Source of the DNA: Raillietiella orientalis
Taxonomy: Eukaryota
Assembly (NCBI GenBank): GCA_036172245.1
Contig: JAYWIR010000106.1
Location: 62,001 to 126,000, forward strand
Reading direction: 5' to 3'
DNA: 64,000 nucleotides
Each line of letters opens with the position of its first letter. The first letter of the stretch is position 1. A program made the position numbers and the translations under genes. The notes below the pieces were generated by a model. It worked only from the letters and a program-made list of their open reading frames with translations, had not been told where the DNA came from and made no database searches. Positions 26,190-37,552 of the stretch are shown here, one piece after another.

Positions 26190-28620
26190 TTTCCGGCCCA
26201 CTTCACTATGAATGGCAAGAGGAGTTGTACATTTTCGCGTACTCTGGACGATGATTGCTTCCTACTCATTCGGATGTTATTTTGTGCTGCTGTTGGAAGA
26301 ATGAAAACAGAGATTGCGATGTCGATGTGTTTTCCCTTTTTAATTTCAATCACTCCAGACGCATTAAAGTGGGCAGACGCGCAGGGGAGTACGTGATCGA
26401 TGGATACTCGAAATTTCACGTGAAGACCGTGAGTTTACTCCTTCTTGGGTGGACACAGAGGGTCAGGCGGGATTTCGCAGCAGTTTCCTTGCCGCCGAGG
26501 ACAAATCGTCGTCAGGCCACAGGAAGGGTGCGCCTTCGTTTCCTTCTTCCTCGGGAAGTTTGGTTTCAATCAACAAGTGGTAGAGACCCAAATACGCGTC
26601 CATTCAAGAAGGATGATGACCGGGCAGCAACGCTTGGGATACACCGCTGCAATACATCTTTGTTTTCGATCCATCTCATGAAGAAGGATTTGAGCGTGCC
26701 ATTTAAAGCGTGCATGTCTTGGAATGAAAAATCTGGATGGTTAGGTCTCGGCAAGTGCAGAAGAAAACTTAAAAAATAGGGCACAGATGTTCTTCTTATG
26801 AATTTGGTAGCATGGATGAGTCCATCTTGAATTTTACTGGTTTTGATGCTGCTACGAAGCGTGCGCGACATTTAGGACGAGGTGACACTGTCGTCTGGAT
26901 GATATGATTATATGAATGGATCCCATGGATGGTTCACCAATGCACTAGCAGCCGGTCCCGTTCCTCAGAAATATCTGCGTGGCAGTGCAACAACATGCAC
27001 TTGTGACGTCGTTGGAGTGGGTGTATCGTGCGTGGGAAGGAAGAAAGTTAGTGTTCCGTTTTGCATGCAGCAGACCGCACGTTCGTAGATCATTGGTTAT
27101 CGCAGCCAATCAAATGGAAGGGCTATTTGAGCAACGGTTAGGAAGCATCGTCGAAAAGGGGAATGAGTTCCGTGGGTGCTTGGAGGTTCAGCAGGACCCA
27201 CAAAACATGGGTCTGTCCCCGTACCGAGTTTCGACGATTTCGTCGCCGTTTTGCAGGTTTCGTGGGTTGGCAGCTCAACGCAATGAGCACGGAACTCTTT
27301 GAGGAAGCGCAACGAAAACACCTTTCGCTGTAGTACAGAGGTTGGCCACCCTGGACAGCTCGACAGTGATCCACCTGAGATGGACCACTATCGGTTTGTC
27401 CTTGGCTGAAGGGAACGACTGCCTGCTGTTTATTCCTTCGATTTATTGGTGCATCGAGGAGGCGGTCGACCAAAGATGCATTCGTTTAGTATGGCTTCGG
27501 TTCGCTTTTTATTGGCACCATCAACGCCTGGAGGTGGCCACTGCACACTCGGTTTTCTAAAGCGAACAGTTCTCGTACGTGTGTTGATTTTGCTGCCCTT
27601 CCGATTTTCCTTTTCCTTCACCCTACCACCCTCGATGCACGTCTGGTGAGTGTTTTCAGAGTGTTTCCTTTTGTTCGACTCGATGTAACATGTAGCATTC
27701 TTTGCAGCTGTGCGGATTTCGTGGGATCCAGGTCTCGTGAAGAAGCCCCGAGTGAGGTTATCGGAATGGCCTTCCTTTTCTTTAGGAAGGCGACAATACG
27801 GTACATCTCCGTCAGCACAAAGAGGAAGCTTCCTACATTTTCCAGATGTTGAGGACGCCAGAAATCCATTTGGTGTCCTTCCTTTGCATCCACCGCAGAT
27901 TTCCAAGCTGACCTTTATTCCATTTTTTTACCCCTTCTCCACTCTTGTTGTGAGGACTCCATCGGAATAGCTGCTCACGAGGAGTCTCGCTTCCGAGTTA
28001 TTTCGCTTTGTAGGGGTGCTTTGAAACCATCAGGAAGCTTTCGTCGTACTACATGTAACTTTCTTTTTGCGAGCATTTTTTAAAATTAACGGTTCCTCAT
28101 GAGCGAGCGGAAATTTGTCCCCAATTTCACTCCAAGAATTTGAGCAGCAATGCCTCTGCTGCGGAGTTGACACGAACAACAGGAGCTTGGAGATTGTGGT
28201 GGTGAGGCGGCGTGACATACACGAGAACGCCAAGGTCGCCACATTCCCTCTGTATGCCCTCAGCATAGACCTTAAGTAGGTGTTGGAAAGCAGGAGCTTC
28301 AGATTTTTTATCTCATTTTTTGTTTTCCTTCTCTTTCCAGTGACGTTCGAGCGCACGCTGGAGGCTGTAAAAAAAAAAAACGTTTGTGTACGCATCGCTT
28401 TGGCTAAAGTGCTCATCGTGCACGAAGATTGGTGTTGGTGCAGTTAAAGCGGGGGTCAGATTTGATATGTCCTTTTGCGACATAGAGCCTTCTTTTCAGA
28501 TGAGCCACTTCGTCTCCGTGAATCCGAGGAAGAAAATTCCCCGCTGCGCAGCAGTTGTTACTTCGACCTTCTCCTCAAGGGGCACCGCTCTCTCAACGAT
28601 GTCCAGAAGCTGAGGTACTA
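26190..28620 (+). pseudogene. Unidentified multi-exon gene or pseudogene
   Basis: Repeated GT/AG-bounded exon-like blocks (RIKVGRRAGEYVIDGYSKFHVKT; YDYMNGSHGWFTNALAAGPVPQKYL; FVDHWLSQPIKWKGYLSN; YGFGSLFIGTINAW; SCYFDLLLKGHRSLNDVQKL), some with in-frame stops. Product not recognised; boundaries approximate. Confidence 0.4.
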
Positions 28621-30353
28621 CGCGAGAGGACTCGGTGATATTCCGCACTACTTGGGATGTGAAGAAAACAAAGGAAAAAAGTCCACGAAGAATAAAGCCC
28701 ATCCCTTGCAAAAAGCGTCCGTACTGTCCATCTTATTCTCCTTAGCGCACTGGCTTCCCTGTGTACAGTGTGGCAGCTTAAGACTCCCGTTCTTGGACGT
28801 GCTTCGGGAAGAACCCCTGTATCTTCCCAATTTTGCCATTCAGCACAAGCACGTGCTGACAGCTCCTCCATGCTTCAGGAAGACGTGACGTGCCGAAGCT
28901 GGAACACCTGGTCTTCCTCGATGGACGCCACACGAGAGAAGACCAGCAGAAAGGGCGACGAAGGGGAATGCGGATGAAGGAGCGCGCGAAGGAACGTTGG
29001 GAACAAGTGTTCCCCCTCGTGTGCCGTAAGTGCCTGCGGCAACGTCACCGAGTGTTCGGGGGCTAGCGCTTCCTATAGCCTTCCTGTGATCCGCAGGGAA
29101 CCCGTTTCCATTCCGGGTAGAAATTCCGGGAAGAATGGGAGAGTTCCTGTGGCTTTCCTATCACATGGTAGTCAGGGCAAGGCGAGTGGCTGCCCTGCAT
29201 CTGTTCCTAGCCCGCACGGCGGCCCACGAGCCACCGCTGCACGCATCTGCGTCGCGAGCGGTTTGATGCTCTGGACCGCGAGCGGTGCGATGAACCCCCG
29301 CAGAAGTCCCCTCCGCATGCATGAGCTCTGATGTTACTCGCTGCTATCCGCTGCGAAGTGAATCTCAGCAGGTCTGTGGACGATCCCGTCTATGTGGCAC
29401 AGCTCGCGGACGCGTGTCCTCTGTTCCGTGGAGATGCTGTGAGCTGACTGGAAGGCCCGGCGTGAGAAAAGAGTCGCCTTCGCGCCCTGCCGGAATCAAA
29501 TGCGCTGCTCCTCAAGGAGGGTGCTGAGGAGACCACTGATATCACAAGTGTGGTATCCCGGGCGATGTCTCGACCTCCTGCGCTCCAGCGCGTGCGTGCG
29601 CGCGAACACCTGGTGTTGTAAAGCTGCAAAAGTTCTCAAGTTTTTCCCACCGCTTATCTGTTTGCTAGGAGCTGCCATGCAACGGATGACCAGCCGCGTA
29701 GCCATTCGACTACTGTCCTCTCGTTTCCGTAAGGGGAAGCGTGGGGGTGTCCGCATCGCGGTAGGGTAGCGATGGAAAAAACAAACTACCCTACCGCGAT
29801 GTGGACGAATGTCCACTTTTCGAGGATTCCTCGCACTTCCTGAAGGGCAATAGTTTGTTTCACACGACCCGTGTCTAAGCATCCACCATCACCCACAGGA
29901 GCCACGCACTGCGCTGCTCCGTTCGTTGACAGCAAATGCGCCTTGCGGCGGAACAGGTATCCATCGGGAACAGCTGGATGGCGCCGCGCTAATGTGCCGA
30001 TGCCCTGCATTTTTATACGGTGGTTGCCACATGTACGGCATCCTCGCGCCGTCTGAGGGTTCCGCGCGAAGTACCAAAACGCTGCGCATTCTAATCCCCA
30101 CTCGAGGGATCGACTCCATTGAAACGGGTTCGTCGTGGGTTTCGATTTCCTCGCATTCGGATGACACTGGTTGGCGTATGCGGGTTTGCCACTAGTAGAT
30201 ATCCTTACTGGATGGTCGGGATTGAAAACTGACCCTCTGGTGTCCTTTCAGGACATCAAAGAACGCCGATTTCCTTCTTTTTCTAATTTGCTCTTCGGTT
30301 GCAAATATGGACGCGTGTTCCGTCGATTTGTACTCTCCATGGCGCATCATAAA

Positions 30354-30695
30354 GCTGGCGGATCGATTCTCTCCGGAATGTGAAGTGCTCTGCTCCCCAT
30401 CGGAGCACGAACGTTCAGAAAAAATTGAAAGCCTCCCTTCTGTGTTCTCTTCAAAAGGGGAAACAAGGAGAGGTTTCCTTTCAGGAGGGTTCCCTGTGCA
30501 GGAAGGATTCCAGGAGCGGTCCCCTCCGGTGGTGTCTTCGGACACAATAAAGAAGAGGTTCTCTCCGAAGACAGCCCAGGTCAAGGATGAGAGGAACAGA
30601 CCCCTTTTACCGGAGCCCTTCCTGGATTCATCAGGTATCCCCTCCATGCGTATCCCCTACAATCTGAAGAGTGGAAACGCCACCTTCGGGTGTCG
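30354..30695 (+). other. About 335-nt rod-like unit with two cUUCGg tips and a hammerhead-like core
   Basis: gtgtc-ttcg-gacac (30532-30545), ttcctttca/tgagaggaa (30475/30588), aaaagggg/cccctttt (30453/30601), cacc-ttcg-ggtg (30681-30692). Confidence 0.78.
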
Positions 30696-30709
30696 TTGAA
30701 TTGTGAATA

Positions 30710-31243
30710 GAGGCATTTGGCAAGAGAACAGCTTGAGCCCTGCTGACACTGCACTGGGGTCTCCTTCGCAATGCGTGCCAGCCCCACTGGGCGAGGGCAA
30801 GCGCATCGTCGAACTGAGCCAGATGTGGAGAGAAGGAGACTATCCCCCACCTCTTAGTGCAATGCGTGCCTTCCGGAACGTTGAACTTGTGGGAACGTTT
30901 CTCTGCGTCCCTTTTGCATGCCGTGGACGATCCCATAGACTCTTTGAGGTCCCTCTTCTCGCGGCAGCAAGGTCGCAGCGCTGTGCTGCGTGCGTGGTCG
31001 TCACGACGAACCCCGAGAGAAGCGGGAGTGACGGGGGTCTGTCCTACAGATAGCTTTGAGGTGGTCCCACCTCGTCCTTTCCCTCCAACAAATTTTGTTT
31101 GTTTCTTTGTTTGTTATGGTTTGTTCCCCTTCGTGAACTCTCCGGTCGTTCCCTTCTTTCCAGTGCAATGATTGGAATTGATGGCCCATCGGCTCCATCG
31201 ATACGCGTAAGAGAATAAACGGCCCGGCGTACCCGGGTGTGAA
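30710..31243 (+). mobile_element. 5'-truncated LINE 3' end
   Basis: LHWGLLRN..HW..RCGEKETIPHLLVQC, homologous to 5590-5710; AATAAA (31214) plus GCCCGG-cgtac-CCGGGT. Confidence 0.78.
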
Positions 31244-34099
31244 ATCACTGCGCCCGTCGAGAGTCCTCCCGGCGGGAAGAATCGTCACTGCACGTCTCGG
31301 GTGGTGTCCTTGTGCCGAAGCGCTACTGACAGCCTCCGCCACAGTTCCTGGAGGGAGCTGCATTCTAAAGGCGGATACGGTTGAGATTCCATCCACTGAT
31401 GTGCACGTGGAACAGCAGTTCGAGAGGCATCACCGGAGGAAGCGAGGGTGCTGGAGCCCGTTGCCCTGGAATTGCCGGAGACGAAGAACAGCACTGTCTG
31501 TTTCCAGGGCAGCTGGGAGAATCCAGGAATTTAGAGATAGAGCATAAGTTTCCCAAGGACAGCACTCAGAAGTTGATTTTACCGGAGTCCCATCGCCAGG
31601 TTAAGCGGAGTGGGAGCGTTCCCGGATCTGTCAGCTCGATCAACTTCCAGCCGCTGAGGAGTTTCTTCTTCCTGAGATGCTGCAGGACGAAAACAGTCAC
31701 CTCGTTGGTGTACAGCTGTCGTCCTCGACAAAGACAGCGCTGGGGTAAGATGTGTGGCGGCCAGGAACGACAACTTTGCTGAGTCCTACATCATCACTTC
31801 CAGAGGTTGCAGGGGAAAGAGAAAAAGAGAGCAAAGGTCCTCCACTCCCTGACATCGAGTATTCCGCCAAGATGCGTGGCTTTCTCAACAACGCGTATTT
31901 TCCCAGTAGAGGCGCCATCTGAGCTACCTCTTTCGTTGCTTCTATGAATCCACGCACGAAGACCTCGAGAAAAAAACCCAGTGAATGGAAACCAGCTGCG
32001 GAAATTGAGCACTTTTGCAATATGTAAAGAAGAACGAGTAAAGACCGCGAGCGCAAAGTGCTTTGGAAAGCTTCCGTGTGTCCTGAATGCATCTCCGCCA
32101 TGAAAATGCTTCTGATTCTCAGGCAGTCCTCCTTCGAGTTGGTTCTAAGAAAGTGCAGCCGGACTCTGGTCAACCTATCCAGCTCCTGCCAATGCATGCC
32201 GGCTGCGTTCACCTACACGGACGCGCTGCTTCTTCTGCCCATCTCCATCCAAGTGGCTAACGAATGCCGTCCTTACCAAGGCAGCAGCTGAATTGCCGGC
32301 GACTGGTCTGAAAGAGGAAAACAGGCAAAAGGAAGGCGCGGAAGTAGAGTTTTGGCAAACAAAAGTATCTCAGAAAAAAGAACAAACGGATGCAGGAAGA
32401 GAAGCGGCCACCCGAAGGCAGAACAATGGAATTCACGAATCATCAGTCCCGCAAGCACCTCCGCAGCGCGTCTTCGGGGCTCCTTCCGCGCGCTGCGACG
32501 ATCCTGCGCACTCGATTGGGCAGGGCGCGCCTTCGAGAGGCAGCTCGCGGACGCTGGATTCACGGCCGCCCTGCTGAGACGGCGGATCCTTTACGCGGAC
32601 TGCCACCAAACCCTGTCCAGGGAACTCAAAGTTCCACGAAGGTCGTCCCGCGCACGTGACCCTCCTGATGTCCCGCATGCGTGAGGGCATCCCGGGACGG
32701 GACTTCAGCAGCGGCAAACGTACGGCATTTCCAAAGGCGGATCCATGGAGGACAACAGAAGCGCCTCTGGAAAGCGAACGCCCTTCCTGGCCAACAGAGG
32801 ATGCAGGAAGAATCCTCGGTTTCCCAGTCGCATGCGAGTGAAGGCTGTCGCACGGACAAAACTTGACGAAAGGGTCATCGGTGACTTCACTAAGTGCACT
32901 CAGGTTACTGCCGCAAGCAAGGGGGCGCTCGCGGTGTGGACTTTCTGTCCCGACTTGTCGTCGATCCGGAGTACATGGTGACGTTATTGAGAGGTGCCAG
33001 AAGCACACGAAGAGTTCCAGAGACATTGGCGTAACGGGAGTTCCTGGGCACAGCGACTAGTCGCAACGGCGGTGTAGCGTGTTCTGGTGCCACGGTGCCC
33101 ACTGGAGATCCCGGTAGAAGAGAGGAGTGCAGGGAGGCGTTAGTGGGGATGCTGTCCACTCGCTCTCTCGGTGTTCACAGAGTAGCGTCGAAGACGAACG
33201 CCAGGAATGGTCGCTTGCCCACCCAACTGCGAGAGCGACGCAATGGAGGGCGATGGTCTGAGGAAGGGAACAGGGGCGAATCCCTTCTGACGCCGCACCT
33301 TCCCTTTTCAAGGACACTCTCCTTCCAGCTGCTGACACAAAAAGACATCAATCACGCGAGAAAGCAGCTTCCCGACAGCTGCACTAATTGGAATTTCCCC
33401 CGGGCAGCGTAGGAATGTTCTGGATCGTGTCGACAGCGGCACTGCCCTTACGTCCTGAGCGCTTGCAGCTTTCGGAAAAATAAAAAAATGGAAACTCAAA
33501 CCCATTTCTTGGATTTTCGATTTATTTTCCTCGGGCGTGCGCCATTAGGGTGCGCTCGCCGCCCATAAAATGGCCTCCGTGCAGCAGGAACCGCAGTGCA
33601 GCTCTCATCTCTCTCACGCATTGATCGAATGAACCCCAGGTAGCGTCCCGTACCCGGCACGACACCCTCCCGTCCTCGGGTGGGCAATCCGACACAGTCC
33701 CGTTTAATGCAGGCGCTCGTGGCTCCACGCGTCCCGGCGTCTCGAGCGAATGCGCGCGACCGCGTCCTTCCCTGTGGGGCGAGGCAATCCCGCCGTGGTC
33801 AGAACGTGCACGCTCCAACCGGTGCCAATTTTTCCTCGGATATCGGGATGGAACCCTAGCAACTTAACGTTGGACCCATGCGCGGCGCGGCATGTGATCT
33901 ATGGAGAAGGGGCGCAGTGGTGCGCGTCCGCTGGCCGAAATGAGCGCCCCCTGATTGCGCTATTAAGTCCGACACCCCCAGCTTCGTCTTTCAAGCCCAA
34001 TTGACTGTTCATCCGTTTCCCAACCACGCTCCGTACATCAGGAAGTAGGGTCAGCCCTTAGCTCGCCAACGTCAGCGGCAGGCGTTCTTGCGCCCTCGC

Positions 34100-35045
34100 G
34101 CGCGTTGTCGCGGCGCTCTGCAGAGCCACCGATAGCTCTGCTGTCTTCCAGGGAGCCTCTCCGCGACTACGGAAGAACTCATCCGAGGACCACGAAAGAT
34201 GAACAGGCCCTCAGTACCACTGTGTCTCCTGGTATGGGTGCTCTGCTCCGCCAGCCTATCAGCGATGCATTGCAAGTAAGTGGGGACACTGACAGAGGAC
34301 ATTCGACCCTGGTGATCGTTGACCTATACAACGCGTTTTAAATGCCGGTGTTCTGCATTTCTCGGATGTGCACATAAGACCTTCGAAATGCTGCTTGCTA
34401 AGCCCACTTCCGAATTATTTTCCTGATACCGCAATCTTCGCCAGGTGACGCGTTCCCGTGGCCGCGCACGCGGAGTGTATGCGGTGTGAGTCCCGGAAGA
34501 CAGAAACGCCGCCGCCGCCATCGACAGCATGATCCACTTCTTCGGCATACCAAAGAGGCCGCTCGATCGCACCGACACGTGCACCGCGTGTGCACCAGCG
34601 AAGAGCCGTTCTATCCCCGACCGGTTGCCATGTGGTGGCGCGATGGTCGCCTCTCACCTCCATCGGAGGCGCTGCGTGCGCGCACACGCGGACGCGCACT
34701 CCGCAGGTAGATGCGCGAAGCAAACCGTGGAGATGAGCAGGGCACGCAACCACACGGTGGTTGCTAAGCACCCACCAGGGGTGTCGCTTTCTCTTCAAGG
34801 GCGCTCGTGGAGCGAGCGACTTCGGTTGCGTCTCATCTGTCAACGCGGGCTGCACGTTCCAAAGGAGATCGCGTTGCCAGACGGAGACCGGGCGCGTTTC
34901 GTCCACCTGTTTCTTCAGCGCTCGTCGCTCTTCGATTCGGATGGTGCATTCGGTGGTTTCCGAAAACTGCGGGAGATCACCGAACGTGTGACGCGTTGCT
35001 TTGGCGTTCGCGCGGAGCTTACGCTGCTCTACAGCGCATCTTAAC
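34100..35045 (+). mobile_element. Probable CRE/RLE-clade non-LTR remnant
   Basis: PIAL, VIVDLYNAF (D..NAFN-type RT motif), C..DAH..C..RARNHTVV (RH motif) and GAFG, in the order typical of restriction-like-endonuclease elements. Confidence 0.45.
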
Positions 35046-36047
35046 AGCGTCAAAGGGATGATCGCGAGCACATGAGCTTGCACGTCGGCTGGGCTTTCAC
35101 CTCCCTCCACCTCTCCTACTCCCGCTATTCATCATGATCGTTTCTTGTTCCAGGAGCTGTCTCGGTGTTGATAAAGCTTCTCTGATGATGAGGCACAGGG
35201 ATCCTGTTGGCGTGAAGCTCCGTCAATCCGAGGGAGTAAGTCTTGTTGCTGGAGGGTGGTTTTTCTTGCATTCTGAAGGCACCGTCAAAGATCGTTCGCA
35301 TTTCTCCATCTCCTCCCTAAATCTCGCCCCTAATTTTGCGGATTCGCATCAACTTCCTTCCTCCTAGTTAGCGCGAGGAAGATGCGGTATATCGGTGCAG
35401 TTGCTGGTTTTGGTTGCACCAAGTATTTGGAACCGTACTCTGCAGCTCGCTGGAATCGGAACAGGTGGACAAGAATGTCATCCGGCGTTGTGGCCAGAAA
35501 TATTCTTCCTTGCTTTTATATCCTCAAACGCTGTTCGACTTTCCTGCAATTGGCGAATTTCGAGGGAATTCTCCCGCATCCCAGAAAATCAGCGTGGCAT
35601 CGACACCCTTTTCGAAAACGCTCCCTATGCCCCAGCCTTTCCTGAACGTGAGAGTCATCTTGCAGTGATGCAGGACCACGAGTGGTCCACTAAAACTCCG
35701 TCAAGAGCGTATGCAAAGACGCGACTCTCGGTGCTTCGGGGTACGCGGTGTCACCGTGAAGCCTCCTCCGTGAGTGACGCTTCGAGCATCACTCGGCAGA
35801 ATGCGCTCAGCCTGCCGGCATCATCAACCTCCGCTGTCTCTGCACGCGCCTCAGGTACTCTTGCCGGCATTGGTTTCCGTGGGGGATGCTGTTTTTCGGT
35901 GGTGCGCGTCGGGTTCTACCGAATGTGGATGCGCGTCGCAGACCAACGATGCGTGGGGCGCCTGCCGGTGTCCTGGGACGGCGGTCGGAAACCGGCAGCA
36001 TCCAGGTCGCTTAACCCCGGTATCCGCCTCAGTAAACAGTAACGTAT

Positions 36048-36580
36048 GCTCTCCTAGCAGAGAGCGATGTGTTTCGAGAGTCCAGTGGTGACCTCACGGG
36101 GAGACCGATGCCTCTGGACTGGGTTGATGGAGATTTTTGGGGGTCTTCGGATTTCTCGGCTTTCCTTCCATGTTCTTTTTGTTTATTGGCTCGTCGAGTG
36201 CTGAGGAACCGTCCGCCTCAGGAAGGTTTACTAAGCTGTTTGCCATCGTCCACCTCACCCTTGATGCGTGGGGCTTTTCCATTTTGTGGGGAGCCACCTC
36301 AAAGGGACTATTCGATGAATCCGAGAGGACTTCCTAGGGAGCAGTTCTCTCTCCTCTTATGCTTGGGAGGGTAAACCAGAAGGGAAACCTCGTTCTAGTT
36401 GACTTTGAAGGGAACCACTTCAGGAACCTCTTCCTCTCCGGAGGAGTTGGGGACCAGTCCTTATCTCTTCTCCAGAGGGTACCCAGAAAGTATCCGCTCC
36501 CAGACCCTTTTTTTCTGAGGTAACCCGCACTGGAGGATTCTCGGAAGGATCCTGAAAGAGCAACTTGTAATCTCGCTCAT
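36048..36580 (+). other. About 530-nt rod-like unit bounded by GT...AG
   Basis: Tip 36354-36369; tcaaag/ctttga (36299/36403), gggtct/agaccc (36141/36502), gggttg/taaccc (36121/36521); terminal hairpin 36048-36065. Confidence 0.75.
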
Positions 36581-37552
36581 TCAGCGTGGGCATCGGTCTC
36601 CCAGAATTGCCGCATTAGTAGCTCCAGCCATCGTCATCCCGCGAAAACGATCTCGAAACCTGCTGCCGCCACCTGCCGTCCCGGTGACCACACGAGCGGA
36701 AGAAGAAAACCCTTCGGCGGTTCAGGGCGCGACAGGAGCGCCGTTTGCTCTCGGACGCGGTTTCTCCTGGCAGCAGCGCGATCCGCCGCCTGGTGACTCG
36801 TCCCGGAGTGCGCTTGCAAGGTTCGCAACACCTCTGAGAGGCCGCAAATGCTTCTGCACCCTCCGAGAAGGAAGGGAAGGGGGTAGAGGGAGAGGAATTC
36901 AGAACGCGCAGAGGCTGTCAGCCCCCTTCCCGAAACGCAGGTCATTGGGTTTTTTCAGGTGCTGCTGATGCCAGTGGAACTGGGGCAGCCTGGTCAGGAA
37001 ATGATGCCGTCACTAAACAGTTACAAGAACGAAATCTGGTTTCTGTCAAAGTTATACCCTGTTGGGAAGAACTGTGAGTTCCTGATTAAAAGTGTAGGCA
37101 AAAACGTCATTCTTTGTTCCAGCGCTTCTCCATCAATACAATCCCGGATTGTCACAGGGATGCAACGTCACTAGAACAGAATTCAAGCACAGAGACGTAT
37201 TAGTTTCTTCAGGAAGATCAGTACTACATGGCCTGATTGCAGTGGAATTAATGAAGGTCAGGAAAGCCCTTGCTAGCGCTTTCGAAGCGGTCTGTCGGTG
37301 ACGACGGATAGTCGACGGATGGCTTGAGAGGGTTGCGTCTCCTCTAAAGCGTGCATGAGGTTCGCGTGAAACATCGTTCCCCTATATTAAGTGCCACGGA
37401 GGGAGGCACGCAGTCTTCTGCGTGGTGGATTCTTCCGCTTACGCGCACTGCGTTTTCTCGCCACTCCTTCCACCCACGCATGCCTGGAAAGCGCGTCCAG
37501 CTTTTGCCATTCCCATTCTTGGTGCTGTGAAGAAGTCGCCGTTCTGCGTAGG

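Noticed and set aside
26880..27500. Alternative genetic code or stop readthrough to explain in-frame TGA/TAG
   Set aside because: Cathepsin L and the aspartic protease end normally at TAG, and LINE stops are ordinary point mutations (TGG to TGA seen between copies).
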